Below are positions 1-8,186 of a stretch of 17,384 nucleotides of DNA, one piece after another. The DNA comes from Candidatus Hodarchaeaceae archaeon (lineage in GTDB: Archaea; Hadarchaeota; Hadarchaeia; Hadarchaeales; Hadarchaeaceae), in contig JASEGJ010000022.1 in the NCBI GenBank assembly GCA_030018135.1, positions 1 through 17,384 of the forward strand, written 5' to 3'. Position numbers and translations under genes: made by a program. Position 1 is the stretch's first letter. Each line of letters begins with the position of its first letter. Below the pieces are notes generated by a model. The model saw only the letters and a list, made by a program, of their open reading frames with translations, searched no databases and was not told the origin of the DNA.

Positions 1-65
1 CTCCAGTTCGCCTTGTATTCGATGTATCGTCGGAGCTTCCAGTGGGGCCAGGAGTATGTGGGCAA
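1..65 (-). pseudogene. tnpB: TnpB (IS200/IS605 OrfB) internal fragment, 5'-truncated, runs off the left edge
   Basis: Minus strand reads LPTYSWPHWKLRRYIEYKANW, matching the TnpB 'SW.f..l..fieYKA.w.G' segment before the Zn ribbon. An in-frame TGA at 78-80 and the adjacent glmM leave no room for the N-terminal part. Confidence 0.6.
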
Positions 66-72
66 CTGTAGG

Positions 73-115
73 ATTTTTCAACAGAAAGGGTTAATTCGGC
101 GCATCGTTGAAAAAT
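73..115. terminator. 10-bp perfect inverted repeat directly after the glmM stop; possible terminator or element boundary
   Basis: ATTTTTCAAC (73-82) and GTTGAAAAAT (106-115) with a 23-nt spacer; T-tract on each strand. Confidence 0.4.
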
Positions 116-1467
116 TACGACAGCTTTCGAACGCATGCTTTTAGCTCCCGCATCCCGAGCTTGGCCAGATCCTCAGCCCGCTTGCCGTCGCGGGCCTCGG
201 CGAAGCACCTGAAGATGGGCTCTGTGCCGGAAGGGCGGAGCAGGAGCCATCCATCCTCAAAGGACACGCGGAGCCCATCGGTGCGATCGAGTTCGTAGCG
301 CGAGAAGCGCCTCTCCAGCGCCTTCAGCACCTTTGGCTTGAGTTCTTCGGGGCACCTGATTCTCCGCTTGCTCTGATGGTAGCGGGGCAGGGTAGCGTCG
401 AGCCCTGACATGCTCATTCCGCTGGCGGCGAGCGCCTCCACCAGCTTGGCCGCGGTAAGGATGCCGTCCCGGCAGGGCGTCCAATCGAAGAATATCACAC
501 CCCCGTTCTCCTCCCCTCCTATGTCGCCGCCGTGCTTTCGGAAGTGTTCGATGATCGCCGGCTCGCCCACGCGCGTGCGGACGATCGAGCCGCAGAGCTT
601 GGTCGCCACATCGTCGATCACCGAGCTCGTCGCCACGGTGGTCAAGATCTTGGGCCGCTCTCGCCCTTGGAGGTGGTGCAGCGCGACGAGCGCGAACACT
701 CGGTCGCCAGTCAGCACCTCACCCGCTTCGTTCACGACTATCGTGCGGTCCGCGTCGCCGTCGTGCGCTGTGCCCAAATCCGCGCCGCATGCCACGACGG
801 TTTTAGCCAGCTCCTCGAGGTTCTCGGGCGAGGGCTCAGCTGGCCTGCCGGGGAAGCGGCCGTCGAGCTGGCAGTTGAGCGAAACCACCTTGCAGCCTAG
901 CCTCGTCAGCAGGGCGGGCGTCGCCACGCTACCCGCGGCATTCGCGCAGTCCACGACGACCTTCAGCTTTCGCTTGATCCTTTGGATGGCCGCTAGAACA
1001 GCCCGCATGTAGGGCGTCAGGGCATCCGCCGAGCGGCAGCTCCCGATGCGATTCCAAGGCGCGCGTCGCCAAGCCCTGTTCGATACGATCCCCTCGACCT
1101 CGAGCTCCCTCGACCTTTGAAAGCCAGCGCCGTCGGAATCCCAGAACTTTATACCGTTGTACTCGGGCGGGTTGTGCGAGGCGGTTATCATCACGCCCGC
1201 GTCGCAGCCGAAATGCTTGATGGCGAACGAGAGCACGGGCGTGGGCACCATGCCAAGCCTTAGGACGTCACAGCCGCCGGCGCTCAGGCCCGCTACGATC
1301 GCATGTTCGAGCATCTCGCTCGACGTTCGGTTATCGTAGCCCACCGCGACTACGCCCCGATTTCGCAGGTGGGTCGCGAGCGCCGAGCTGAGCTCGAAGG
1401 CCAGCTTGGGTGTGAGCTCGAGGTTCGAGACGCCCCGGACGCCGAAGGTGCCGAACAGCCTTGGCAT
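115..1467 (-). CDS. glmM: Phosphoglucosamine mutase / phosphomannomutase (alpha-D-phosphohexomutase)
   Basis: 450 aa; RLFGTFGVRG N-terminus, TASHNP phosphoserine loop, DGDADR metal loop, GEENGG sugar loop, RPSGTEP phosphate site. Confidence 0.92.
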   Translation of the reverse strand: MPRLFGTFGVRGVSNLELTPKLAFELSSALATHLRNRGVVAVGYDNRTSSEMLEHAIVAGLSAGGCDVLRLGMVPTPVLSFAIKHFGCDAGVMITASHNPPEYNGIKFWDSDGAGFQRSRELEVEGIVSNRAWRRAPWNRIGSCRSADALTPYMRAVLAAIQRIKRKLKVVVDCANAAGSVATPALLTRLGCKVVSLNCQLDGRFPGRPAEPSPENLEELAKTVVACGADLGTAHDGDADRTIVVNEAGEVLTGDRVFALVALHHLQGRERPKILTTVATSSVIDDVATKLCGSIVRTRVGEPAIIEHFRKHGGDIGGEENGGVIFFDWTPCRDGILTAAKLVEALAASGMSMSGLDATLPRYHQSKRRIRCPEELKPKVLKALERRFSRYELDRTDGLRVSFEDGWLLLRPSGTEPIFRCFAEARDGKRAEDLAKLGMRELKACVRKLS

Positions 1468-1498
1468 GCCCCCGCCGCGTTAGGGTTTGCATCGCATG

Positions 1499-1506
1499 TA
1501 TTAAAT
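1499..1506. promoter_or_regulatory. Probable TATA box in the 61-bp divergent gap, positioned to serve tRNA-Arg (+) and glmM (-)
   Basis: TATTAAAT lies about 23-30 nt before the tRNA 5' end; the reverse strand TTTAATA lies about 32-38 nt before the glmM ATG. Confidence 0.4.
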
Positions 1507-1528
1507 TGTTGCATGTCGAGTTTAACTT

Positions 1529-1603
1529 GGGCCCGTGGCCTAGCTAGGATAAGGCGGCAGCCTTCTAAGCTGCAAATCGTGGGTTCGAATCCCGCCGGGC
1601 CCG
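1529..1603 (+). tRNA. tRNA-Arg, anticodon TCT, intronless, CCA not encoded
   Basis: Acceptor GGGCCCG/CGGGCCC, D arm GCCT..AGGC, anticodon arm GCAGC-CTTCTAA-GCTGC (TCT at 1564-1566), T arm GTGGG-TTCGAAT-CCCGC, discriminator G. Confidence 0.97.
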
Positions 1604-1635
1604 CATTCTTTGAACTGAAAAAGAATAACCATAAG

Positions 1636-1643
1636 TTTAAATA
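1636..1643 (+). promoter_or_regulatory. TATA box of the TA operon
   Basis: TTTAAATA preceded by a purine-rich BRE-like tract; RBS AGGTGG at 1666-1671 before ATG 1677. Confidence 0.55.
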
Positions 1644-1676
1644 AATCTAACTTCAAGTAATACCAAGGTGGCAGAC

Positions 1677-1922
1677 ATGAAATTGAAAGTGAAAGTCGGG
1701 CCAAAGGGGCAGATCGTGATCCCGAAATCAATTAGGGACAAGATGGGGATAAATCCCGCGGATGTTGTCCTTTTGGATATAGAGGGCGAGAGGGCGGTAG
1801 TGGAAGCCGTCCGCTGGGACCCCGTTGAAAAACTTTCGGAGATCTCCCGCAGGGTCGGAACAAAGTCGTCCGAGCTGGTCTGGGGGGACAGGCTCTACGA
1901 GGAAGTGCTCGGCGGTGCTTAG
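1677..1922 (+). CDS. AbrB/MazE/SpoVT-family antitoxin (VapB-like)
   Basis: 81 aa; KVGPKGQIVIPKSIRDKMGI..D.V swapped-hairpin motif; directly upstream of a PIN gene. Confidence 0.9.
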   Translation: MKLKVKVGPKGQIVIPKSIRDKMGINPADVVLLDIEGERAVVEAVRWDPVEKLSEISRRVGTKSSELVWGDRLYEEVLGGA

Positions 1923-2333
1923 TTGGTCTACCTCGATGCTAATGTCTTCGTGTTTGCAACGTTAGCCACGGATAAACTTGGAGATGCCTCGAGGCATATA
2001 TTAGCAAACCTACGAAAGATGGACGCCAAAACCTGCTGCCTGACGATTGACGAGCTAGCTTGGGCGATCTTGAAAAGGGCAGATGTTTCGACTGCGGCTG
2101 AAGCGTGCAGGGCAGTGCTGATGTTGAAGGATCTGGATATCGTTTCGGTTGAGTACGGCGACATGTGGGAGATGGCGCGGGAGATGGAAACATGGGGGTT
2201 GAAGCCGCGTGACGGGTTGCATCTCGCGATCATGAAGCGGTTGGGGGAAAAATCGATAGTCACAGAAGATGCACACTTTGATAAGGTTGGCGTAAAGAGG
2301 ATTCAGATCAACGTCTTCGCGAGGTCGATTTGA
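1923..2333 (+). CDS. vapC: VapC/PIN-domain ribonuclease toxin
   Basis: 136 aa, TTG start; VYLDANVFV, TIDEL, PRDGLHLA and IVTEDAHFD carry the PIN acidic residues. Confidence 0.9.
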   Translation: MVYLDANVFVFATLATDKLGDASRHILANLRKMDAKTCCLTIDELAWAILKRADVSTAAEACRAVLMLKDLDIVSVEYGDMWEMAREMETWGLKPRDGLHLAIMKRLGEKSIVTEDAHFDKVGVKRIQINVFARSI

Positions 2334-2353
2334 CTTCACGCCCTTCATCGGAG

Positions 2354-2391
2354 AGCTGCAGTCTAGGGTTCAAATCCCCACGGGCCCGCCA
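2354..2391 (+). repeat. Degenerate tRNA-Arg 3' half (att-like direct repeat of 1568-1605)
   Basis: AGCTGCAGTCTAGGGTTCAAATCCCCACGGGCCCGCCA versus the tRNA's AGCTGCAAATCGTGGGTTCGAATCCCGCCGGGCCCGCA. T loop, 3' acceptor strand and a CCA are present; no 5' half. Confidence 0.85.
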
Positions 2392-2451
2392 TTTTTAAAC
2401 CATTAACGAGATATCACGATGTCACGAGGTTGAATCTGAAAAGGGGATACT

Positions 2452-3990
2452 TTGCCGGAGCCAGAGGGCTATGCGAAGCGGTTGGTTAAAGGGAGCGCCA
2501 TCGTCTTCATCGCATTGGTCGCCTCAGGCTTCATCGCTTTCTTCTTGCGCATGTTTCTCGCGCGCAGTCTGAGCGTGGCTGAGTACGGGCTGTTTTATGC
2601 CATCTTCGCCCTCATTTCCATTTTTGGCATGTTTCGCGATTTGGGCCTGGGTGCAGCGCTCGTAAAATATATTCCAGAGTTCGCGGTTAGAAAACAGTTC
2701 GACAATATCAAATCCTCAGTAGCAATTCTTGTTCTCCTCCAAGCGCTTCTTGCATTTCCAATTACTGCAGCTTTGTTCCTCTTTTCCGACCAAATCGCGA
2801 TCGCGGTTTTCGGAACTGAAAGCGCCTCGCAGATCATAAAATTTTTGAGCATATGGTTCTTCACGATGATATTTTTCTACACCTTTCAGCCGACATTTCA
2901 GGGATTCCAAAACATGCCCATATATGCATCGATGGAATTTTTCAACATCTTTTTCGTCCTCCTTTTTGCCGTTTTGTTCCTAAGCGTTTGGGGGCTAGGC
3001 CTCGGGGGCGTCGCATTCGCATATTTATGCAGCTCATTGGCGCTGGCAGTTCTAGGATCGATCATTTTCTTGAAAAAATATTTCCATGTTTTTAAGGAAA
3101 AAGCCCAAATCACAAAGCCCCTGATGACAAAATTGCTCAAGTTTGGCCTGCCGGTCTTTCTCAGCACTTTGGGAATCTTCATCTTGGTCTATACCGACAC
3201 CATCATGATCACCTTATTCCGCACCCTTAAGGAAGTCGGTTTTTACCAAGCGGCCCAACCCGCTGCGCACATCCTGTGGTACTTCCCAATGGCTTTAACA
3301 ACAGTTCTCTTTCCGATGATCTCCGAACTCTGGGTGAAGCGCGAGGAAAAACTTTTGGGCCAAACGCTGCACTTCCTCATCAAATTCTCATTTGTGTTGA
3401 TCATACCTGCAGCTCTCGTCTTCATAGCTTTTCCGGAGATAGTACTCCATCTGCTTTTCCCGGGATATGAAGCTGGAAGCGCCGCGCTTCAGATCCTCGC
3501 AGCGGCGATGGTCATCACTACGCTTCACGTAATTCTATCAAGCACGATGGCTGGGATAGGAAAACCCATCGTCACCACTAAAGTTGTCGCTGTCATGGCA
3601 TGTTTAAACGTGATCATGAACCTGCTTTTGATCCCCCATTACGGCATAGAGGGCGCGGCTGCAGCGACTTTCGCGTCAACGCTCATCGGCTTCTTCCTGA
3701 TGCTCTACTTCGCATTAAAATTAGTTAAGTTCACTTTGCCGGCAGCATTGCTCCTGAAAACGATAAGCGGTGGGCTGCTCACGCTGCTCCTCATTTTCGG
3801 GCTAAAGTCCATCATCGTGCTATCGCCTTGGCTGGAGCTACTTATCGTCATGATGCCAAGCCTGCTCTTCTACGCGATGTGGGTCCTTGTTACAAGGGGC
3901 CTGACGATTGGTGACCTAGAACTGATCAAGGAGGTAGCGCCACCGTTAAAGAGGCTGATCGATGTTGCGAAAAAGCTGGCTAGAAGCTGA
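2452..3990 (+). CDS. Oligosaccharide flippase (Wzx/MOP family, AglR-like)
   Basis: 512 aa, TTG start, many hydrophobic segments; ARSLSVAEYGLF, DLGLGAALVKYI, DTIMI..F....VGFYQAA, NLLLIPHYGIEGAAAAT. Confidence 0.9.
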   Translation: MPEPEGYAKRLVKGSAIVFIALVASGFIAFFLRMFLARSLSVAEYGLFYAIFALISIFGMFRDLGLGAALVKYIPEFAVRKQFDNIKSSVAILVLLQALLAFPITAALFLFSDQIAIAVFGTESASQIIKFLSIWFFTMIFFYTFQPTFQGFQNMPIYASMEFFNIFFVLLFAVLFLSVWGLGLGGVAFAYLCSSLALAVLGSIIFLKKYFHVFKEKAQITKPLMTKLLKFGLPVFLSTLGIFILVYTDTIMITLFRTLKEVGFYQAAQPAAHILWYFPMALTTVLFPMISELWVKREEKLLGQTLHFLIKFSFVLIIPAALVFIAFPEIVLHLLFPGYEAGSAALQILAAAMVITTLHVILSSTMAGIGKPIVTTKVVAVMACLNVIMNLLLIPHYGIEGAAAATFASTLIGFFLMLYFALKLVKFTLPAALLLKTISGGLLTLLLIFGLKSIIVLSPWLELLIVMMPSLLFYAMWVLVTRGLTIGDLELIKEVAPPLKRLIDVAKKLARS

Positions 3991-4164
3991 GAAAGGTCTT
4001 ATTTAGCGTCACAAAAATAGAGGCATAGGATGGTAAAAATCAGCATTTTGGCAGCGGAACGGTCGAGACAGATTGTATATATATAAATTTCATGATCTGT
4101 TTTTTGTGTAATGATTTGGCAATTCTCTAGCATAGGGATCAATCCCACCTTTACTTAAGCACGG

Positions 4165-4198
4165 AAGGATGAAGATTTCATCTTTTTCATCTTTTTTT
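4165..4198 (+). terminator. Short hairpin plus T-tracts in the AT-rich intergenic gap
   Basis: GATGAA-GAT-TTCATC (4168-4182) followed by TTTTT and TTTTTTT. Confidence 0.3.
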
Positions 4199-4326
4199 AT
4201 TCCTAAACTAATTATCCAAAAATTTCTTCTTATATTTGGTGTATAAACCGTTTTTATGTTTGAAGCTTAATAACACTTAAGACGATACAGTAAACATAAA
4301 AATCTGACTACAATCGAGGGAAGTAA

Positions 4327-5616
4327 ATGGAACTCCAAAGTAGGGTGAAGAGTAGGAATTTCACGTTAGCCGTAATCGGCTTGGGGCGCGTAGGCCTTCC
4401 TCTTTCTCTAGTATTCGCATCAAAAGGTGTGAACGTAACCGGAGTGGATGTGAATCCAGATACAATAAATAATCTTGAAAGAGGTGTTGTCACAGTTCGT
4501 GAAGAAGGCATCGAGGAATTATTTAACAAAGCACTTGAAAACCGAAAATTCTCAGTTACCACTGATGCGGCAGGCGCTATAAACAAAGCAGACGTCGTAA
4601 TCGTAACTGTAGGTACTCCCCTAACCCAAGACCTTAGACCTAATTTTAGTCAGCTTTATCAGGCACTGGGCGCGATATCGAGCCAATCGCTAGAAGGAAA
4701 GTTGATCGTGTTAAGAAGCACCGTTCCCCCAGGGACTACCGAAGGAGTTACATGCAAGTTCTTAAAGGAAAAAACTGGTTTGGAACCTGGACGTGATTTT
4801 TACCTAGCCTATTGTCCCGAGAGGATCTTAGAGGGCAAGGCAATAGAGGAATTAGAAAACCTTCCGGAGATCATAGGTGGTGTAGACTCGACGAGCTCGG
4901 CAATAGCCGCGGAGTTGTTCAAATTGATAAACCCAGAAAAAAGGATGATAATCACATCACCTAAGGTTGCGGAATTGGCAAAACTTTTCACGAATATTTA
5001 TAGGTATGTGAATTTTGCCTTAGCGAATCAATTCGCCTTGATCGCCGAGCACTACGGAACCGATGCGCATGAAGCGATTAGAGCAGCTAATGAGGATTAT
5101 AAACGATCTAACATTCCTTTACCTGGCCCAAGTGGGGGCCCTTGCCTTTATAAAGACGGATATATGCTCAACTATACCCCTTTTATCGATTTCATCAAAT
5201 CTGCTTGGCACCTCAACGAGAGTATTCCTCTCCATATTGTTAATCGGATAAAAGGAAAAGTAGGGAGCTTATTCGGTTTGAAGGTAGCGTTGTTGGGCTT
5301 AGCATTTAAAGCAGATATAGATGATACGAGACAATCACCAGCCATCAAGTTATTAAATGCGCTTAAAGCGGAGGGATGCGAAGTCGTGGCCCATGATCCC
5401 CATGTTAGCTCAGCCTCCCTCGAATCAGCGCTTTCTGGCGCGGATGTCGTAGTGTTAGCGGTTAATCACTCAAAATTTAAGGATCTAACATGCCAAGATA
5501 TCTCTAAGCTTGCTAAACCCAATTCTCTGCTTGTAGATTGCTGGGGTTTCTTTAAACCATCCGAAGCTGAAAAAGCCGGAATGAGATATGTGGGGCTGGG
5601 GAGGGGGCAGTTATGA
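4327..5616 (+). CDS. Nucleotide-sugar 6-dehydrogenase (UDP-Glc/GDP-Man DH family, WecC/WbpA-like)
   Basis: 429 aa; GLGRVG Rossmann motif, RSTVPPGTT, CPERILEG, ELAKLFTN, catalytic GPCLYKD, GLAFKADIDDTRQSPA. Confidence 0.92.
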   Translation: MELQSRVKSRNFTLAVIGLGRVGLPLSLVFASKGVNVTGVDVNPDTINNLERGVVTVREEGIEELFNKALENRKFSVTTDAAGAINKADVVIVTVGTPLTQDLRPNFSQLYQALGAISSQSLEGKLIVLRSTVPPGTTEGVTCKFLKEKTGLEPGRDFYLAYCPERILEGKAIEELENLPEIIGGVDSTSSAIAAELFKLINPEKRMIITSPKVAELAKLFTNIYRYVNFALANQFALIAEHYGTDAHEAIRAANEDYKRSNIPLPGPSGGPCLYKDGYMLNYTPFIDFIKSAWHLNESIPLHIVNRIKGKVGSLFGLKVALLGLAFKADIDDTRQSPAIKLLNALKAEGCEVVAHDPHVSSASLESALSGADVVVLAVNHSKFKDLTCQDISKLAKPNSLLVDCWGFFKPSEAEKAGMRYVGLGRGQL

Positions 5617-6575
5617 TTCTAGTTGCGGGCGGCGCTGGTTTCATTGGCAGCCATCTTATAGACCAACTTGTAGATGGCGGGTATGTGGTCCGCGTAGCAG
5701 ATGATTTCAGCAAAGGACGTCGAGAAAACATAGAAAATCATGAGGGCAAACCAAACTTCGAGATGATGCATGCAGATTTTACGGATTATGAGAATTGTAA
5801 GAAAGTGATCGACGACATCGATATCATGTTTCTGCTAGCAAGCAAAATAGGTGGGATCGGCTATTTTCACAAGTACCCAGCGGAAATCATCGATGCGAAC
5901 ACTAAGATAGTTTCAAATTTGCTGAATGCTGCTAGGAGGGCCGATGTCCAAAGGATTCTTTACATTTCCTCGAGCATGGTGTTTGAAAGAGCGGCGATAT
6001 TTCCCACCCCGGAACGGGCTTTGGAAAGGACTCCAGTACCAATAACTTCCTATGGCTTCTCAAAGCTAATTGGAGAATGGTTTTGCCGAGCTTTTTGGGA
6101 GGAACATGGCTTAAAATATACTATTCTTCGCCCGTTTAACTGCGTTGGACCCAGAGAACATCCGGAGGAGGAACCCGGTATGGCCCACGTCATCCCAGAT
6201 CTAACTAAGAAAATACTCCGAGGGGATTATCCACTCGAAATATATGGAGATGGATTACAGACGAGATGTTTCACCAATGTTAAAGATACTGTACGAGCGT
6301 TTGTACTTGCGATGAAGGAAAAGAAGGCCGTGTGCGAGGATTTCAACATAGGTAATCCGGAGGAAACACGGATAAAGGACCTAGCGGAGATGTTGTGGAA
6401 AATTTGCGGTAGAAAAGAACCTTTTAAATTAAAACATTTGCCATCTTTTGAGCACGATGTGCAGAGAAGAGTTCCGGATATTACAAAGGCTAAAAAAATA
6501 CTGAAATGGAAGCCACGAACACCGCTTGAAAAAACTCTCCAAGAGTATGTTGGATGGTATAAGAGTTATAGATAA
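5613..6575 (+). CDS. Extended SDR NAD-dependent sugar epimerase/dehydratase
   Basis: 320 aa; GGAGFIG, SSSMV, YGFSK, RPFNCVGP, GDGLQTRCF; ATGA-coupled to the dehydrogenase. Confidence 0.9.
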   Translation: MILVAGGAGFIGSHLIDQLVDGGYVVRVADDFSKGRRENIENHEGKPNFEMMHADFTDYENCKKVIDDIDIMFLLASKIGGIGYFHKYPAEIIDANTKIVSNLLNAARRADVQRILYISSSMVFERAAIFPTPERALERTPVPITSYGFSKLIGEWFCRAFWEEHGLKYTILRPFNCVGPREHPEEEPGMAHVIPDLTKKILRGDYPLEIYGDGLQTRCFTNVKDTVRAFVLAMKEKKAVCEDFNIGNPEETRIKDLAEMLWKICGRKEPFKLKHLPSFEHDVQRRVPDITKAKKILKWKPRTPLEKTLQEYVGWYKSYR

Positions 6576-6639
6576 TTAAAGCATGTAAAATCACAAAATA
6601 AATCGTAAATTAACTGATTCGGGATAGGAAGGAAGAATC

Positions 6640-7635
6640 TTGAAAATTCTAGTCGTTCCAGCACATGAACCCATTGATGCAGAGCTAATGACATGTTGGT
6701 CAGCCCTTGGTCATGAAATATGCATTTATCCTACAAATCGATGGAAGTCATTCTTTGCCGAATTACCTGCGGGCGTTCAAACCAAACTAATAATTCCAAA
6801 CGTTATCTATTGTGGAGATCATTGGGATATCTTACGCGCACTATTTCTAAAATATGGATTAAATCCAAAAACACCAATTTTCAATGTTCTCTGGTGGTTC
6901 CCTTCTAAAAGCCCTCTTTATTATTTCGTAAATAACATTTCAGTCTGTGATTACGAAAGGGAATATCTGAAGAATCTCCTTGGTATCGATAGCCCTGTGA
7001 TATACTGCCCCGTAAACACCGATTTGTTTAGACCTGCCGAAAAATGGGAAAATAGAAAGATAGCAACGATCATAGGGAATTACTTTAAGGAAAGGCCAAT
7101 GATGGGGTGCGGTTACCTTCTTAAAATATTTGAGCGGGTTCATGAGCTAGATCCCGAAATCCGATTTCGGGTAATCGGGAATAATCCAAATCTACTGTGT
7201 CCTCCCCACGTTGAAAAAGTGTTCTTAAAAAGAGAAGAAATGCCAAAATACATTAACGAGTCTTCCTGTGTCTTCTTTACGACCACGCAGAATTTGATAC
7301 CCCATAGTTTGTTGATAAGCATGAGCTGCGGCAAAAATGTGATCGCCTTCGATTTACCATCTCTCCGTGAAGTAATCGTCGACGGCGTAACGGGGCACTT
7401 AATCCCCCTATTCGATGTTGAAATGTTTGCCAAAAAAATTGTTGAAGTAGCAAGTGACCCCCCAAGAAAAATAGGGGAAAAAGCTAGAGAAGTTGTTATA
7501 GACAAGTGCGAAAGGATGAAGGTCGCAAAACAATTTATTAAGGTTTTTGAAAAGGAACGCGGTTATTTTTGGCATAATATCCGGATGGCCCTTCTTTTCC
7601 GTTTCACCCGCTCGGCAAAAGTTTTTCCAATTTGA
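6640..7635 (+). CDS. GT-B fold glycosyltransferase, divergent GT4-like
   Basis: 331 aa; VIYCPVNTDLFRP linker and SMSCGKNVIAFDLPSLREVIVDGVTGHLI C-terminal signature. The EX7E glutamates are absent. Confidence 0.75.
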   Translation: MKILVVPAHEPIDAELMTCWSALGHEICIYPTNRWKSFFAELPAGVQTKLIIPNVIYCGDHWDILRALFLKYGLNPKTPIFNVLWWFPSKSPLYYFVNNISVCDYEREYLKNLLGIDSPVIYCPVNTDLFRPAEKWENRKIATIIGNYFKERPMMGCGYLLKIFERVHELDPEIRFRVIGNNPNLLCPPHVEKVFLKREEMPKYINESSCVFFTTTQNLIPHSLLISMSCGKNVIAFDLPSLREVIVDGVTGHLIPLFDVEMFAKKIVEVASDPPRKIGEKAREVVIDKCERMKVAKQFIKVFEKERGYFWHNIRMALLFRFTRSAKVFPI

Positions 7636-8180
7636 CTAAAAATATCAAATAAAAATTTGATTTTTATCCTTTTGATTTCAAAAGCACAACATTGGGCACT
7701 GAGTATCTTAAACCTCGATTTTTCAAATAAATCTGAAAGGGATTCTTTGGTGAAAAACTGTTTGTGATCTGGGTCTGCACGAATATTAGGATCCCATTTT
7801 GACGGAACTTCCGCGATGATTACGCCTCCTTTTTTTAAGACTCTAAAAAATTCTCTCACCGCTTCATGCGGATTTTCTAAATGTTCTAGAACATGGTGGC
7901 AAAAAATTCCGTCGAAAAAGTTATTTTTGTAGGGCAAACTTCTAATATCACCGATTACTGACATTTCATACTTACTGGCGGTCTTTACCTCTTCAGGGTT
8001 ACAGTCGATTCCATGAAGCTCCACTTGAGCAGGTTTAAATTTACCAAACCACCCAACCCCACAACCCGCATCCAAGATTTTATTACAATTATGCTTAATG
8101 AAAATCGACCAGTACTTTTGAATTTGATACTCCGATGGATATTCCTTGTATATCCTTAACACAGTTCGAATTCCTGTCAA
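7563..8180 (-). CDS. Class I SAM-dependent methyltransferase (Methyltransf_11-like)
   Basis: ILDAGCGVG motif I, LHGID, GDIRSLPY..NFFD, HVLEHL, FRVLKKGG. The start (TTG 8180) is uncertain. Confidence 0.85.
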   Translation of the reverse strand: MTGIRTVLRIYKEYPSEYQIQKYWSIFIKHNCNKILDAGCGVGWFGKFKPAQVELHGIDCNPEEVKTASKYEMSVIGDIRSLPYKNNFFDGIFCHHVLEHLENPHEAVREFFRVLKKGGVIIAEVPSKWDPNIRADPDHKQFFTKESLSDLFEKSRFKILSAQCCAFEIKRIKIKFLFDIFSQIGKTFAERVKRKRRAIRILCQK

Positions 8181-8186
8181 GATAGA

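Noticed and set aside
410-1731. Alternative-frame ORFs (410..1012, 532..900, 1303..1644, 1540..1731)
   Set aside because: These are antisense or overlapping shadows of glmM and the tRNA in GC-rich DNA, with no recognisable motifs. The same applies to the other shadow ORFs in the track.
1529-2391. TA pair inside a giant tRNA intron, or a split tRNA
   Set aside because: The first tRNA is already complete. I could not find a bulge-helix-bulge or complementary leader, and the fragment has a T-stem mismatch and a shortened variable region.
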